Positions 9,830-21,404 of a DNA stretch of 64,000 nt are shown here, in pieces. Position 1 is the first letter of the stretch, and the number at the start of each line of letters is the position of its first letter. Location: NCBI GenBank assembly GCA_963827475.1, contig CAWHAZ010000004.1, forward strand, positions 64,001-128,000, written 5' to 3'. The position numbers were made by a program, and so were the translations under genes. This DNA is from an uncultured Chloroflexia bacterium (GTDB taxonomy: Bacteria; Chloroflexota; Limnocylindria; QHBO01). The notes beneath the pieces were generated by a model, which saw nothing but the letters and a program-made list of their open reading frames with translations, was not told the origin of the DNA and made no database searches.

Positions 9830-10859
9830 TCAGGCCTGCTGGGACACCGTCCGCAGCTCGGCCGTGGGCCCCGTCACGACGATCGACTCCCCCGGCGCGA
9901 AGGCCCGGTCATCGGCCGGGTGCGCCTCGTGCCGTTCCTCGCCGAGGAAGACGGCAAGTGTAAAGACACCGCGGTCCCGAAGCTCACCGACCGTTTTCCC
10001 GGCAAGCCAGCCCCCCTCGGCGACCGGCAGCTCCTCGATCGAGAACGTCAGCTCGCCGTGGGACAGGGCGGCGTCGATGAAGTCGATGACGCGCGGGCGG
10101 ACGGCCAGCTCCGCGATCCGTCGGCCGGCGGTGCCGTAGGGCGACACGACCCGGTTGGCGCCCGCGCGCAGCAGCTTCGCCTCCGACTCCGCGGTGTTGG
10201 CCCGGGCCACGATGAACAGCTCGCCGTTGAGCTGCCGCGCCGACAGCACGATGAACACGTTCTCCGAGTCGGAGTCCACGCAGGCCACCAGGCCCCGGGC
10301 GCGGCGAACGCCCGCCGTCTCGAGCGTCGCGTCGTCGGTGGCGTCCCCTGGGACGGCGAGGTGGCCCTCCGCCGCGGCCTGCTCCCGAGACCCGTCGTCG
10401 GTGTCGACCACCACCACCGTCTGGCCGGCGTGGGAGAGCTCGCGGGCGACGGCGGCCCCGACCCGGCCGTACCCGCACAGGATGAAGTGATCCCGCGTCG
10501 CCTCCACGGCCCGCATCATGGACCGCGCCTCGCGCCGTCCGCTCGCGACCTCGTCGACGAGGTACTCGCTGACGATCCCGATCGACCCGAAGATGATCGC
10601 CACGCCGGCGATGGCCACGACCATGGCCCAGACCCGCCCGGCGCGTGTCCAGCTCGTGGACCTCGCGGAATCCGACGGTCGTGAGCGTGGTGACCGTCTG
10701 GTACAGGGCGTCCTCGACCGACCAGCCCTCGAGCACGACGAAGCCCGCCGTCCCGACGGCCACCGCGCCGATCGCCGCGACCAGCAGGATCCGCACGTGG
10801 CGCGTCGTGACCCGGGCCGTCCGACCTCCCAGGGAGCGGTATCGCTCGCGCGTCGCCAT
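9830..10859 (-). CDS. Two-TM potassium channel with RCK_N and RCK_C domains; indel near 10645
   Basis: Pore ALYQTVTTLTTVGFRE, HFILCGYGRVG, GDAT and GANRVVSP; the two halves are in different frames. Confidence 0.85.
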
Positions 10860-11092
10860 GGCAATCCGATCGTACGCGACCGGGTGCCCGAAACAGGCCG
10901 GTTTCGCCATTCGGCCCGCGATATAGTCGGCCGCGGCAACGCCGCGTTTCGCGCTCGGCCAGCGCGCTCTCAGCTGGACGTCCGCCTCGCGACGGGAAAG
11001 GAGCGCCACCCGCCCGTCAGCCGTTCGCACGCTCGCGCTGATCCAATCTCTTCGTCGCGATTCGTCGCCCCGTGTGCAGCAGAGAGGTACCG

Positions 11093-12709
11093 ATGACGCA
11101 GCAGTCCAGCAAGGAAGATGTCATCGCCCAGGACCGACAGGACCTGCATGGCCTGGGCTATGCCCAGGAACTCCTCCGGTCGATGGGCGGGTTCAGCAAC
11201 TTCGCGATCAGCTTCTCGATCATCTCGATCCTGACCGGCGCGGTCATCCTCTACAACTACGGCCTGAACCTGGCCGGACCCGCTGCCGTCGGCATCGGTT
11301 GGCCGCTGGTGACCCTGTTCACCCTCATGATCGCCGCCACCATGGCGGAGATCGCCTCCGCGTACCCGACGGCTGGCGGGCTGTACTACTGGGCCAGCAA
11401 GCTCCGGAACAAGGGTTGGGGCTGGTGGACCGCGTGGCTCAACCTGGGCGGCCAGATCTCGATCGTGGCCGGCATCAACTATGCGGCCGCGTTCTACCTC
11501 ACCGCCACGATCATCAACCCCCTCCTCGGCGGCACGTTCGATCCGACCGCCGACACGTTCGGCGTCCAGAACGCGATCTGGGTGACGGGCATCCTCATCA
11601 CCATCGAGGTTCTGTTCAACGTCGCCGGCACCCGGATCGTGGCCTTCATGAACGACCTCTCGGTCTGGTGGCACATCTTCTTCGTGGCCGCCATCGCGAT
11701 CGCCCTGATGGCGCTGGGCACGCAACCGACCAATGACATCGGATTCCTGTTCACGGTCGAGCCGGCAGGCACGGCAGCTGATGGGACACCGTGGGCCGAG
11801 ATCATTCCGTTCGGGATCGCCGGCGCATTCGCCCTGAGCCTGCTCCAGTCGCAGTGGACGTACACCGGCTACGACGCGTCGGCACACGTCGCCGAGGAGA
11901 CCGTCTTCGCCCGGCGGGCCTCCGCCTGGGGCGTGTTCCTGTCCGTGGCCGTCTCGGCTGTCGCCGGCTACGTCGTCCTCATGGCCCTCAACCTGAAGAT
12001 GCCCCCGCCTTCGGACGTCATGGCCAACAGCGGTGGCTACGGAGTGGCGTACATCCTCGAAGCGAACCTGGGGGCCGGGCTTGGACAGCTCGGCGGCCTG
12101 TTGGCGGCAGGCGTCGCGATCGCCATGACGTTCTGCGGGTTCTCCTCCATCGCGTCGGCCGGACGCATGCTCTTCGCATTCAGTCGCGATGACGGCGTCC
12201 CTGGGAGCCGCTGGCTGAAGAAGGTCAGCCACCGGTTCCGGTCGCCGTACATGTCGGTGATTGCGATCAGCCTGTTCTCGTGGCTCCTGATCCTGCTCGT
12301 GTACGTCCTGTTCAAGGCGTTCGGCGGCGACCCGGTGTTTCTGATCGCGGGCATCACCGGGGTGAGCACGGTCCTCCTCTACTGGGCGTACGGCCTGTGC
12401 ATCTTCCTCGGCCTGCGGGGCGACCAGGATTGGCGGAGCCGGCAGACCTGGTCCCTCGGTCGTTGGAGCAGGCCCCTGGCATGGATCAGCGTGATCTGGA
12501 TCATCTTGATCACGCCGCTGTTCCTCTACCCGTTCGAGCTGAATGCGGCGGCGCTGGCCACCGTGGTCGGTTTCCTGGTCCTGCTCCTCGTCTACTACTT
12601 CGCGTGGGCGCGGCGCCGGTTCGCCGGTCCGGTCCCGCAAGGGTCGGAGTCGGAGCTGGAGGCCATCGAGCGCGAGTTCGAGGACGCTGCCGAGGCACTG
12701 ACCGCCTAG
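11093..12709 (+). CDS. APC family amino acid/amine permease
   Basis: LGYAQELLR..FSNFAISFS, EIASAYPTAGG, YDASAHVAEET and many TM segments. Confidence 0.9.
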   Translation: MTQQSSKEDVIAQDRQDLHGLGYAQELLRSMGGFSNFAISFSIISILTGAVILYNYGLNLAGPAAVGIGWPLVTLFTLMIAATMAEIASAYPTAGGLYYWASKLRNKGWGWWTAWLNLGGQISIVAGINYAAAFYLTATIINPLLGGTFDPTADTFGVQNAIWVTGILITIEVLFNVAGTRIVAFMNDLSVWWHIFFVAAIAIALMALGTQPTNDIGFLFTVEPAGTAADGTPWAEIIPFGIAGAFALSLLQSQWTYTGYDASAHVAEETVFARRASAWGVFLSVAVSAVAGYVVLMALNLKMPPPSDVMANSGGYGVAYILEANLGAGLGQLGGLLAAGVAIAMTFCGFSSIASAGRMLFAFSRDDGVPGSRWLKKVSHRFRSPYMSVIAISLFSWLLILLVYVLFKAFGGDPVFLIAGITGVSTVLLYWAYGLCIFLGLRGDQDWRSRQTWSLGRWSRPLAWISVIWIILITPLFLYPFELNAAALATVVGFLVLLLVYYFAWARRRFAGPVPQGSESELEAIEREFEDAAEALTA

Positions 12710-12732
12710 CGGCGCCTGAACCACGCCGCGCC

Positions 12733-12763
12733 GCGGGCCGGCCGGGCGAACCGGCCGGTCCGC
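12733..12763 (+). other. 13-bp GC-rich intergenic hairpin (mRNA stabiliser or partial terminator)
   Basis: gcgggccggccgg-gcgaa-ccggccggtccgc inverted repeat between the permease and the glnA-like gene; no U-tract. Confidence 0.5.
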
Positions 12764-12812
12764 ATCGGTCTGACAGTCCGCGTGGCATCCTGCCCACCTC
12801 ACAGGAGGAACC

Positions 12813-14192
12813 ATGGCCAAGCCCGACAGCCACCCGAAGCGTGACGAGCTGACGGCCGCCATCCGGGAGGGCCGGATCGACACGCTGGTCGTGGCCCTGA
12901 CCGACATGCAGGGCCGGCTGATGGGCAAGCGGGTCCAGGGCCAGGCGTTCCTGAACGGGGCCATCGACCACGGCGCCCACTTCTGCACGTACCTGCTCGG
13001 CACGGACATGGAGATGAACACGCCGGACGGGTTCGAGCTCATGAACTGGGAGACGGGCTACGGCGACTGGATCGCGGACCCGGTGTGGGACACCTATCGC
13101 GAGGTCCCGTGGCTGGAGCGGACGGCGATCGTCCTGTCCGACACCGTCGACCACCACGGCAACGAGATCCCGGTCTCGCCCCGCACCCTGCTCAAGAAGG
13201 TCTCGGCCCGCGCGGCGGGGGCCGGCTTCCGGGTGATGGCCGGGTCGGAGTACGAGTACTACCTGCTGACCGATACCTACGAGCAGGCCCATGCCAAGGG
13301 CTACCAGAACCTCGAGCGGTTCGGCTACTACAACGAGGACTACCACCTCCTGCAGGCGACCAAGGCCGAGCCGATCCACGGTCGGCTGCGGAACCTCATG
13401 ACCGAGGCCGGCATCCCGGTCGAGTTCTCCAAGGGCGAGGCTGCGCCCGGCCAGCACGAGGTGAACATCCACTACACCGACGTCCTCGACATGGCCGACC
13501 AGTCGGTCCTGTTCAAGCACGGGGCCAAGGAGATCGCCTGGCTGAACGGCTACGGGCTGACCTTCATGGCCAAGCCGGACCACACCTGGACCGGCTCGAG
13601 CGGGCACCTCCACATGTCGCTGTGGGACAAGAGCGGCAAGCAGCCGCTGTTCCACGACGCCAGGGCCAAGCCGTACGGGATGTCGACGACGATGCGCCAC
13701 TTCCTGGGCGGGATGATGAAGTTCTCCCGCGAGCTGGCCATCTTCTGGGCCTGGAACGTGAACTCGTACAAGCGCTACGCGGTGGCGTCATGGGCCCCGG
13801 TCAACGTCGTCTGGGGTCGGGACAACCGGACGACCGGCTTCCGGATCGTGGGCGACGAGGCCGGCCTGCATATCGAGAATCGCTTCCCCGGCGGCGACAT
13901 GAACCCGTACCTCACCTACGCCGCGGTGGTCGGCGCCGGGCTGCTGGGCATCGAGCGCGAGATCGAACCGCCGGACGAGTACCGCGGCAACGGCTACGTG
14001 GCCACCGGCTGCGACCGGATGCCGCGGGCACTCCACGAGGCGATTCGCGAGCTGGAGGGCAGCCAGGCCGCGGTCGACATCTTCGGGGCAGACGTCGTGG
14101 CCCACTACCTCAACGCGGCCCGCGTCGAGCAGGAGCAGTACGACGCGATCGTCCACCCCTGGGACCGCGAGCGCTACCTCGAGCGCGGCTGA
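12813..14192 (+). CDS. Glutamine synthetase-like gamma-glutamylamine ligase (GlnA4/PuuA type)
   Basis: DMQGRLMGKR, EYEYY, KGEAAPGQHEVN, TFMAKP..GSSGHLHMSL, WGRDNRT, ENRFPGGDMNPY. Confidence 0.88.
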   Translation: MAKPDSHPKRDELTAAIREGRIDTLVVALTDMQGRLMGKRVQGQAFLNGAIDHGAHFCTYLLGTDMEMNTPDGFELMNWETGYGDWIADPVWDTYREVPWLERTAIVLSDTVDHHGNEIPVSPRTLLKKVSARAAGAGFRVMAGSEYEYYLLTDTYEQAHAKGYQNLERFGYYNEDYHLLQATKAEPIHGRLRNLMTEAGIPVEFSKGEAAPGQHEVNIHYTDVLDMADQSVLFKHGAKEIAWLNGYGLTFMAKPDHTWTGSSGHLHMSLWDKSGKQPLFHDARAKPYGMSTTMRHFLGGMMKFSRELAIFWAWNVNSYKRYAVASWAPVNVVWGRDNRTTGFRIVGDEAGLHIENRFPGGDMNPYLTYAAVVGAGLLGIEREIEPPDEYRGNGYVATGCDRMPRALHEAIRELEGSQAAVDIFGADVVAHYLNAARVEQEQYDAIVHPWDRERYLERG

Positions 14193-14202
14193 GGTCTGAC
14201 CG

Positions 14203-14973
14203 ATGCGGCTCGCGGACAAGGTCGCGCTCATCACCGGCGCCGGCAGCGGCATGGGCCGGGTGGCGGCCGAGATGTTCGCCGCCGAGGGGGCGAAGGTCGT
14301 GGCCGCCGAGTTCGACGAGGGGCATGGCCGCGAGACGGTGGAGGCCATCGAGGCGGCGGGCGGCGACGCGGTCTTCGTCCAGGCCGACGTGTCGGTCGAG
14401 GCCGATGCGGCGGCCATGGTGGCCGCCGCCATGGATCGGTATGGCCGGGTCGACGTCCTCTACAACAACGCCGGGATCATGCCCGAGGCCGACCACTCGG
14501 TGACCGACACCGATGTCGCGGTCTGGGACCAGGTCATGGCGGTCAACGTCCGGGGCGTGTTCCTCGGCTGCAAGTACGCCATCCCGCGGATGGTGGAGCA
14601 GGGGTCCGGATCGGTCATCAACATCAGCTCGTTCGTGGCGTTGGTCGGCTGCTCGGTCCCGCAGGACGCGTACACCGCCTCCAAGGGCGCGGTCCTGTCG
14701 CTGACCCGCTCGCTGGCGGTGCAGTTCGGGCCCCAGGGCGTCCGCGTCGAACGCCATCTGCCCCGGGCCGATCGAGACGCCGATGCTCATGGACTGGCTG
14801 GTCCGCGACGAGGCGGCGACGCAAGCTGCGCCTGAGCCGCAATCCGACCGGGCGGTTCGGCAAGCCGGAGGAAATCGTCAACGTCGCCATCTACCTCGCC
14901 TCGGACGAGTCGCGGTGGACGAACGGCGCCCACTTCGTGATCGACGGCGGGCATCAGCGTCAACTACTTCTGA
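14203..14973 (+). CDS. Short-chain dehydrogenase/reductase; indels near 14748, 14822 and 14950
   Basis: TGAGSGMG, NNAG and YTASK motifs; the C-terminus (NAICPGP..IDGG) continues in shifted frames. Confidence 0.8.
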
Positions 14974-14976
14974 CCG

Positions 14977-15387
14977 GTGCCTGATCGCTCGCCGCTGACG
15001 ATCGTTGCCGGTCTGCTGCTGCTCGCGTGGGCGGGGCTACTCGCCTATGTCAGCCTGCCGACGCTGCTGAGCGACGATCCGTTCTGGGACGGAGGGATCT
15101 CGGTCCTCGGCGCGTTCCTCGCGGGCGCTCACCTGGCGGCCGGGCTGGGCGTGCTGGCGCGGGCACCGGGCGCCCGGCGGCTGGGCCTGATCGTGGGAGG
15201 CATCGGGCTGTTCGGGACGGTGGCCGTCGTCGTGACCCTGGCGGCGAACATGCTGTCGACCGACCTGACGGAGGAAACACTTCTTGTGCTGGCAATCCCG
15301 GCCGGCATGGCGATCGCCTACGGATTCATCGTCCTCGCTCTGTGGCGGGCGAGGGACGAGTTCACGCCGGAAGCGGTCGCCGACTAG
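14977..15387 (+). CDS. Hypothetical membrane protein with about four TM segments
   Basis: Four hydrophobic segments; co-oriented with neighbours. Confidence 0.6.
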   Translation: MPDRSPLTIVAGLLLLAWAGLLAYVSLPTLLSDDPFWDGGISVLGAFLAGAHLAAGLGVLARAPGARRLGLIVGGIGLFGTVAVVVTLAANMLSTDLTEETLLVLAIPAGMAIAYGFIVLALWRARDEFTPEAVAD

Positions 15388-15397
15388 CATTCCGCCG

Positions 15398-16786
15398 ATG
15401 AGCGGCGGCAGGTGGGCAGTCCTGTGGCTCATCGGCCTCGCCTGGCTGGCGCTGGCGGGCTACATCCTCGGGCGGTTCGCGAGCAACGCCTTTCCGACCT
15501 ACTACCTGTTCCGACCGCTGCTCTGGGCCGTGCCGTTCGCCATCGGCATCGGGCTGGTCGCGTACGCGCAGGGCCCGCGGCGCGGGCCGGTCGTTGTCGC
15601 CGTGCTGGCCGGGATCCTGGCGGGGTGGGCGACCTTCACGCGCTACTGGATCCCGGTCCTGGTCGTCTTGGTCGCGTGGATCGTCGTCCGCCAGGTGGCG
15701 CGGACCCGCGGTCGGGAGGTCCCGCTGGTGCCCGACGTGGTCTCCACCCTGGCGACGGTCGGGATCATCGCCTTCTTCGCGGTCGGCCTCGTCCGGGCGG
15801 TGTCCACCTTCGAGGGTCCGATCGCCCCGGTCGAAGCCACCGAGACGGCCACCGGCCCGAACCTGTACCTCATCCTGCTCGACGGCTACCCCCGCAGCGA
15901 CACCCTGCGCGAGGACCTCGGTTACGAGAACGCGCCGTTCGAGGACGCCCTCGAGGAGCGGGGCTTCGACGTCTACCGCGACGCGATGTCGGACCGGCGG
16001 AACACCGACTACACGCTGCTCGGGATGCTGAACGGCAGTCTCGACGGCGTACCGCCCGACACCGACCTGAGCCAGGAGGGCCAATGGGATCGGCGCCGGC
16101 AGCTGTCCGAGGCGGTTCTCCCGATCGAGGCCCAGGAAGCGGGCTACGAGTACTGGGTCATCGACTCGCCGGCGGGTTTCGTCACCTTCACCGCCGGGAA
16201 CCACATCCAGCACGGCGCGATGAACACGCTCGAGGAGTACATGCTGGCCACCTCGGCCCTCGCGCCGCCAGTCGCCCTGGCCTGGCCGACGCTCCCCACC
16301 GACTCGCAACGGGACCACTTCGAGGTCAGCCTCGAGAGCGTCCTGGAGCTGGCCGAGCCGGACACCCATCGGCTCGTGCTGGCCCACCTCTTCCAGCCCC
16401 ACATCCCGTTCCTGTGGGACGCGGAGGGTGGCCCGCAGCCGGTTCAGTCGTTCTGGCCGGAGATCAGCATGTTCGTCTGGCAGCTCGAGGACGTCGACCT
16501 GACGCTCGACGAGTACGCCGAGCTGATGGGCACCAACCTCGACGCGCTGAACCCGCGCCTGCTCGAGATGGTCGACGAGATCGTGGCCCGCGATCCGACC
16601 GGGGTGGTCGTCCTGTTCAGCGACCACGGCGCCCGCTACGCCTTCGAGTTCGAGGATACGGAGTGGTACCGCAACTTCCTGGCGGCCAGGACGCCGAACC
16701 ATCCGGATCTGTTCGCCTCGGACCCGTCGCCGACGAACCTCCTCCGGACCATCCTCGACACCTACGTCACCGGCGGTTCCGACTAA
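15398..16786 (+). CDS. Membrane-anchored sulfatase/alkaline phosphatase superfamily protein
   Basis: N-terminal TMs, then NLYLILLDGY, HLFQPHIPF and LFSDHG metal-binding motifs. Confidence 0.72.
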   Translation: MSGGRWAVLWLIGLAWLALAGYILGRFASNAFPTYYLFRPLLWAVPFAIGIGLVAYAQGPRRGPVVVAVLAGILAGWATFTRYWIPVLVVLVAWIVVRQVARTRGREVPLVPDVVSTLATVGIIAFFAVGLVRAVSTFEGPIAPVEATETATGPNLYLILLDGYPRSDTLREDLGYENAPFEDALEERGFDVYRDAMSDRRNTDYTLLGMLNGSLDGVPPDTDLSQEGQWDRRRQLSEAVLPIEAQEAGYEYWVIDSPAGFVTFTAGNHIQHGAMNTLEEYMLATSALAPPVALAWPTLPTDSQRDHFEVSLESVLELAEPDTHRLVLAHLFQPHIPFLWDAEGGPQPVQSFWPEISMFVWQLEDVDLTLDEYAELMGTNLDALNPRLLEMVDEIVARDPTGVVVLFSDHGARYAFEFEDTEWYRNFLAARTPNHPDLFASDPSPTNLLRTILDTYVTGGSD

Positions 16787-16790
16787 GGGC

Positions 16791-17453
16791 ATGTCGGTCG
16801 AGCGTCTCATCGGGGTCGGGTTGCTCGCCGTGACTGCGGTGTTCCTGGTTCGTCTCCTCCTGCAGGCCATCCGCGTTCTGCAGACCTACCTTGGAACGAG
16901 CCAGCGCCGCCAGGAGGACGCGACCGCCAGCGCGCCGGAGCCGGAACCCGATACCGCCGAGCGCGTGGCCGGCCTTGGAGCGCTCGGCTACCACCCGATC
17001 GGGGCCACGCGGACCGTCCTGCCATTCGGCGTCCAGTACGGGCGGATCATGGCCGCCGATGATGAGTCCTCGTATGCGATCGTCGTCGATGCACCACAGG
17101 GGCTTCCGGTGCTTACCGCCTTCTACTCGTCCTGGCCCGACGGGAACTGGATCGGGACCATGTATCCGTCCGGCGACCCGCACCAGCGGCCGGGGCTTCA
17201 GCTGTCGGTTAGCTCGGGCAGTCTGGGGGACGCCGTCGCGGCCCATCGCGCGGCGATCGAGCGCCTGGGCCCGGACCATGGACACCCGAAGCAGATCACC
17301 CGGATGGCCGACGTGCTGACCCTGGACGCGGACTATCGGCAGCGCTTCGGCGGTCGGGAGCTGCGGCCACTCGTCGTTCGCGCGCTGGCACCGACGGTCG
17401 CCCTGCTCGTCCTCTGGGTCATGACGCTGTACGTCTTCCTGACGATGCCCTGA
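16791..17453 (+). CDS. Hypothetical membrane protein
   Basis: N- and C-terminal TM helices flanking a soluble domain. Confidence 0.6.
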   Translation: MSVERLIGVGLLAVTAVFLVRLLLQAIRVLQTYLGTSQRRQEDATASAPEPEPDTAERVAGLGALGYHPIGATRTVLPFGVQYGRIMAADDESSYAIVVDAPQGLPVLTAFYSSWPDGNWIGTMYPSGDPHQRPGLQLSVSSGSLGDAVAAHRAAIERLGPDHGHPKQITRMADVLTLDADYRQRFGGRELRPLVVRALAPTVALLVLWVMTLYVFLTMP

Positions 17454-17546
17454 GCGACGGTGCGAGCCCGAAGGCCGAGTTGGGGCCACACCGCTGGCCG
17501 GGGATATACTCGGGCCGCTTCCTGAGCTGCGCTTGAAGGACTCCGC

Positions 17547-19037
<1,491 letters not shown>

Positions 19038-19038
19038 G

Positions 19039-20472
19039 GTGACGCCGCCGCCGTTCCGGCTGCCGGCCTCCAAGCCGGCGCCGCCCCTTACCGTTCGGCG
19101 CTTCGTGGCGCTCGTCGCCGGCAAGGCGGCCGCCGTGGGGTCTCGCCTGTCCGGGCGTGGTGGCGGGACCTCGTTGCCGGGCATGGTCGCCCGCCGCGTG
19201 GATCCCGGCATCCTCCGCGCGCTGGTAGCCGAGCAGGGGGTCACGGTGGTGGCGATCACCGGCAGCAATGGGAAGACCACCACCGCTCGGTTCATGGCCG
19301 CGTTGCTCCGCGGGGCGGGCGTGCCGGTCGCGCACAACCAGGCCGGCGCGAACCTGGTCCAGGGCGTGACCTCGCTGGCGGTCGCCGCCGCGGACCTGCG
19401 CGGCCGAGTCGAGCCGGTGGTCATGGTCAGCGAGATCGACGAGGGTGCACTGCCGCTGGTCGCGCCGGAGATCCGGCCCCGGGCGGTGGCAGTCACCAAC
19501 CTGTTCCGCGACCAGCTTGACCGCTACGGGGAGATCTACGCCGTCGCCGACGCGTTCGAAGTCGTCGCCGCGGCCCTGCCACCGGACAGCGTGCTGGTGG
19601 TGAACGCCGACGACCCGATCGTCGCCGGCCTCGCTCCGGCTCGCGACGGGCGGCGGGTCACCTTCGGCCTGGAGCTGCCGACGTCGACCGACACCATCAC
19701 CCGCGCCGCGGACACCATCCGCTGCCCGTCCTGCCGGGCGAACCTGGAGTACAGCCACGTCTACCTGTCGCACATGGGGGCCTGGCGCTGTCCGGCATGC
19801 GGGCTGGAGCGGCCGCCGGTGGACGTGGCGGTCACCGCGGTCGAAGTCCGCGGCCTGGACGAGACCCGGTTCACGATCCGGACCCCGGACGCGGAGATGG
19901 ACTTCACGATTCCCCAGTCGGGCCTCCACGTCGCCTATGACGCCGCCGCGGCGGTGGCGCTGGCGTACGGCCTGGGCGTCCCGCTCGACGGCGCGCCGGC
20001 CGCGCTGGCCGAGGTCGGCCCCGCCTTCGGCCGACTGGAGCGAATTGCGGCCGGCGACCGCCAGATCGTGCTCGGCTTCGCCAAGAACCCGACCTCGTAC
20101 AACGCCACCCTGCGGGCGCTGGCCAGCGAGGAGCTGCCCCGCCACCTGCTGATCGCGGTCAGCAACACCCTGGTCGACGGCGAGGACTTCGGTTGGCTGT
20201 GGGACGTCGACTTCGAGGCCATGGTCCCCCGCCTGCAGGCGGTGACCGTCTCAGGCCTGCGCGCCGACGAACTGGCCAATCGGCTCAAGTACGCCGGGCT
20301 GGACCCGGTGAAGATGACGGTCGTGGAGGACCGGGTACCCGCCCTGGACGCCGCCCTGGCAGCGACCCCGGCAGAGGAGCCGCTGACCATCGTGGCCGGC
20401 TACACCCCGATCATCGAGCTCCGCGAGGAGATGCGCCGCCGGGGCTGGGTTGGGCGATACTGGGAGGCCTGA
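19039..20472 (+). CDS. murT: Lipid II isoglutaminyl synthase subunit MurT
   Basis: GGTSLPG, ITGSNGKTTT, EIDE, NLFRDQLDRYGE, CxxC..CxxC zinc finger, KNP and DFGWLWDVDFE. Confidence 0.9.
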   Translation: MTPPPFRLPASKPAPPLTVRRFVALVAGKAAAVGSRLSGRGGGTSLPGMVARRVDPGILRALVAEQGVTVVAITGSNGKTTTARFMAALLRGAGVPVAHNQAGANLVQGVTSLAVAAADLRGRVEPVVMVSEIDEGALPLVAPEIRPRAVAVTNLFRDQLDRYGEIYAVADAFEVVAAALPPDSVLVVNADDPIVAGLAPARDGRRVTFGLELPTSTDTITRAADTIRCPSCRANLEYSHVYLSHMGAWRCPACGLERPPVDVAVTAVEVRGLDETRFTIRTPDAEMDFTIPQSGLHVAYDAAAAVALAYGLGVPLDGAPAALAEVGPAFGRLERIAAGDRQIVLGFAKNPTSYNATLRALASEELPRHLLIAVSNTLVDGEDFGWLWDVDFEAMVPRLQAVTVSGLRADELANRLKYAGLDPVKMTVVEDRVPALDAALAATPAEEPLTIVAGYTPIIELREEMRRRGWVGRYWEA

Positions 20473-21264
20473 TGGAGTACCCGACGCTCCGCATCGCGCA
20501 CCTGTACCCGTCGCTCCTGAACGTGGCCGGCGACGGCGGCAACGTCATGGCCCTCGTCCAGCGCTGCGCGTGGCGCGGGATCCCAACCGAGGTGGTCGAG
20601 GTCGAGCAGGGCGACACGCCGGACTTCACGACGTTCGACCTCATCCTGTTCCACGGCGGCCAGGACGTGGAGATGGACGTGGTCGCTCGCGACCTCGGGC
20701 TCAAGGTCCCGTCCCTCCAGCAGGCGGCCGACCAGGGCGTCCTCATCTTCGCGGTGTGCGCCGGCTTGCAGCTGCTCGGGCATCGGTACATCCCGTCGGT
20801 GGGCGAGCCGATGGAGGGCGCCGCCATCCTCGACCTGGAGACGCGTGGCGGGCCGCAGCGGTTCATGCAGCACGCGGCGATCGAGGTGACCTTGAACGGC
20901 GAGACCGGAACAGTGGTCGGCTTCGAGAACCATTCCGGCCAGACCACTCTCGGGCCGGGCGCGAAGCCGTTCGGCACCATGGTCGCCGGCGCCGGGAACA
21001 ACGGCCGCGACGGGACCGAGGGCGCCGTCCGGGACAACGTCTACGCGACGTACCTCCACGGCCCGGTCCTGCCCAAGAACCCGTGGCTCACCGACCAGCT
21101 GATCAAGATCGCGCTTGGAGCGGCGAACGGGGCAGCCGGTGGAGCTCGCGCCGCTGGACGACACCGCGGAGGAGCGGGCCCACCTGGTGGCCCTCGCCAA
21201 GGCGATGCGCAACAAGGGCCAGTACACCGCCCTGACCCCCGCCGAGCTGGTTCGCAACCGCTAG
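20472..21264 (+). CDS. gatD: GatD glutamine amidotransferase; indel near 21118
   Basis: HLYPSLLNVAGDGGN, HGGQD, AVCAGLQ, GFENHSG and TYLHGPVLPKNP; overlaps the murT stop. Confidence 0.88.
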
Positions 21265-21273
21265 AAAAAGTCG

Positions 21274-21303
21274 TTGACGGCGCCGAAACGGGGCGCCCAT
21301 ACT
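21274..21303 (+). promoter_or_regulatory. Sigma70-type promoter for the second APC permease
   Basis: TTGACG-N18-CATACT, with a GGCGCC inverted repeat in the spacer. Confidence 0.55.
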
Positions 21304-21404
21304 CCCCGCCAGCCCCCACGCCCGCGCCCTGACTACGCGGGCCTCCGATCCCTGCGTCCCTTGCGTCTGTGGAATCGCCCAGAAACGGATGAAGGAGACT
21401 CGCC

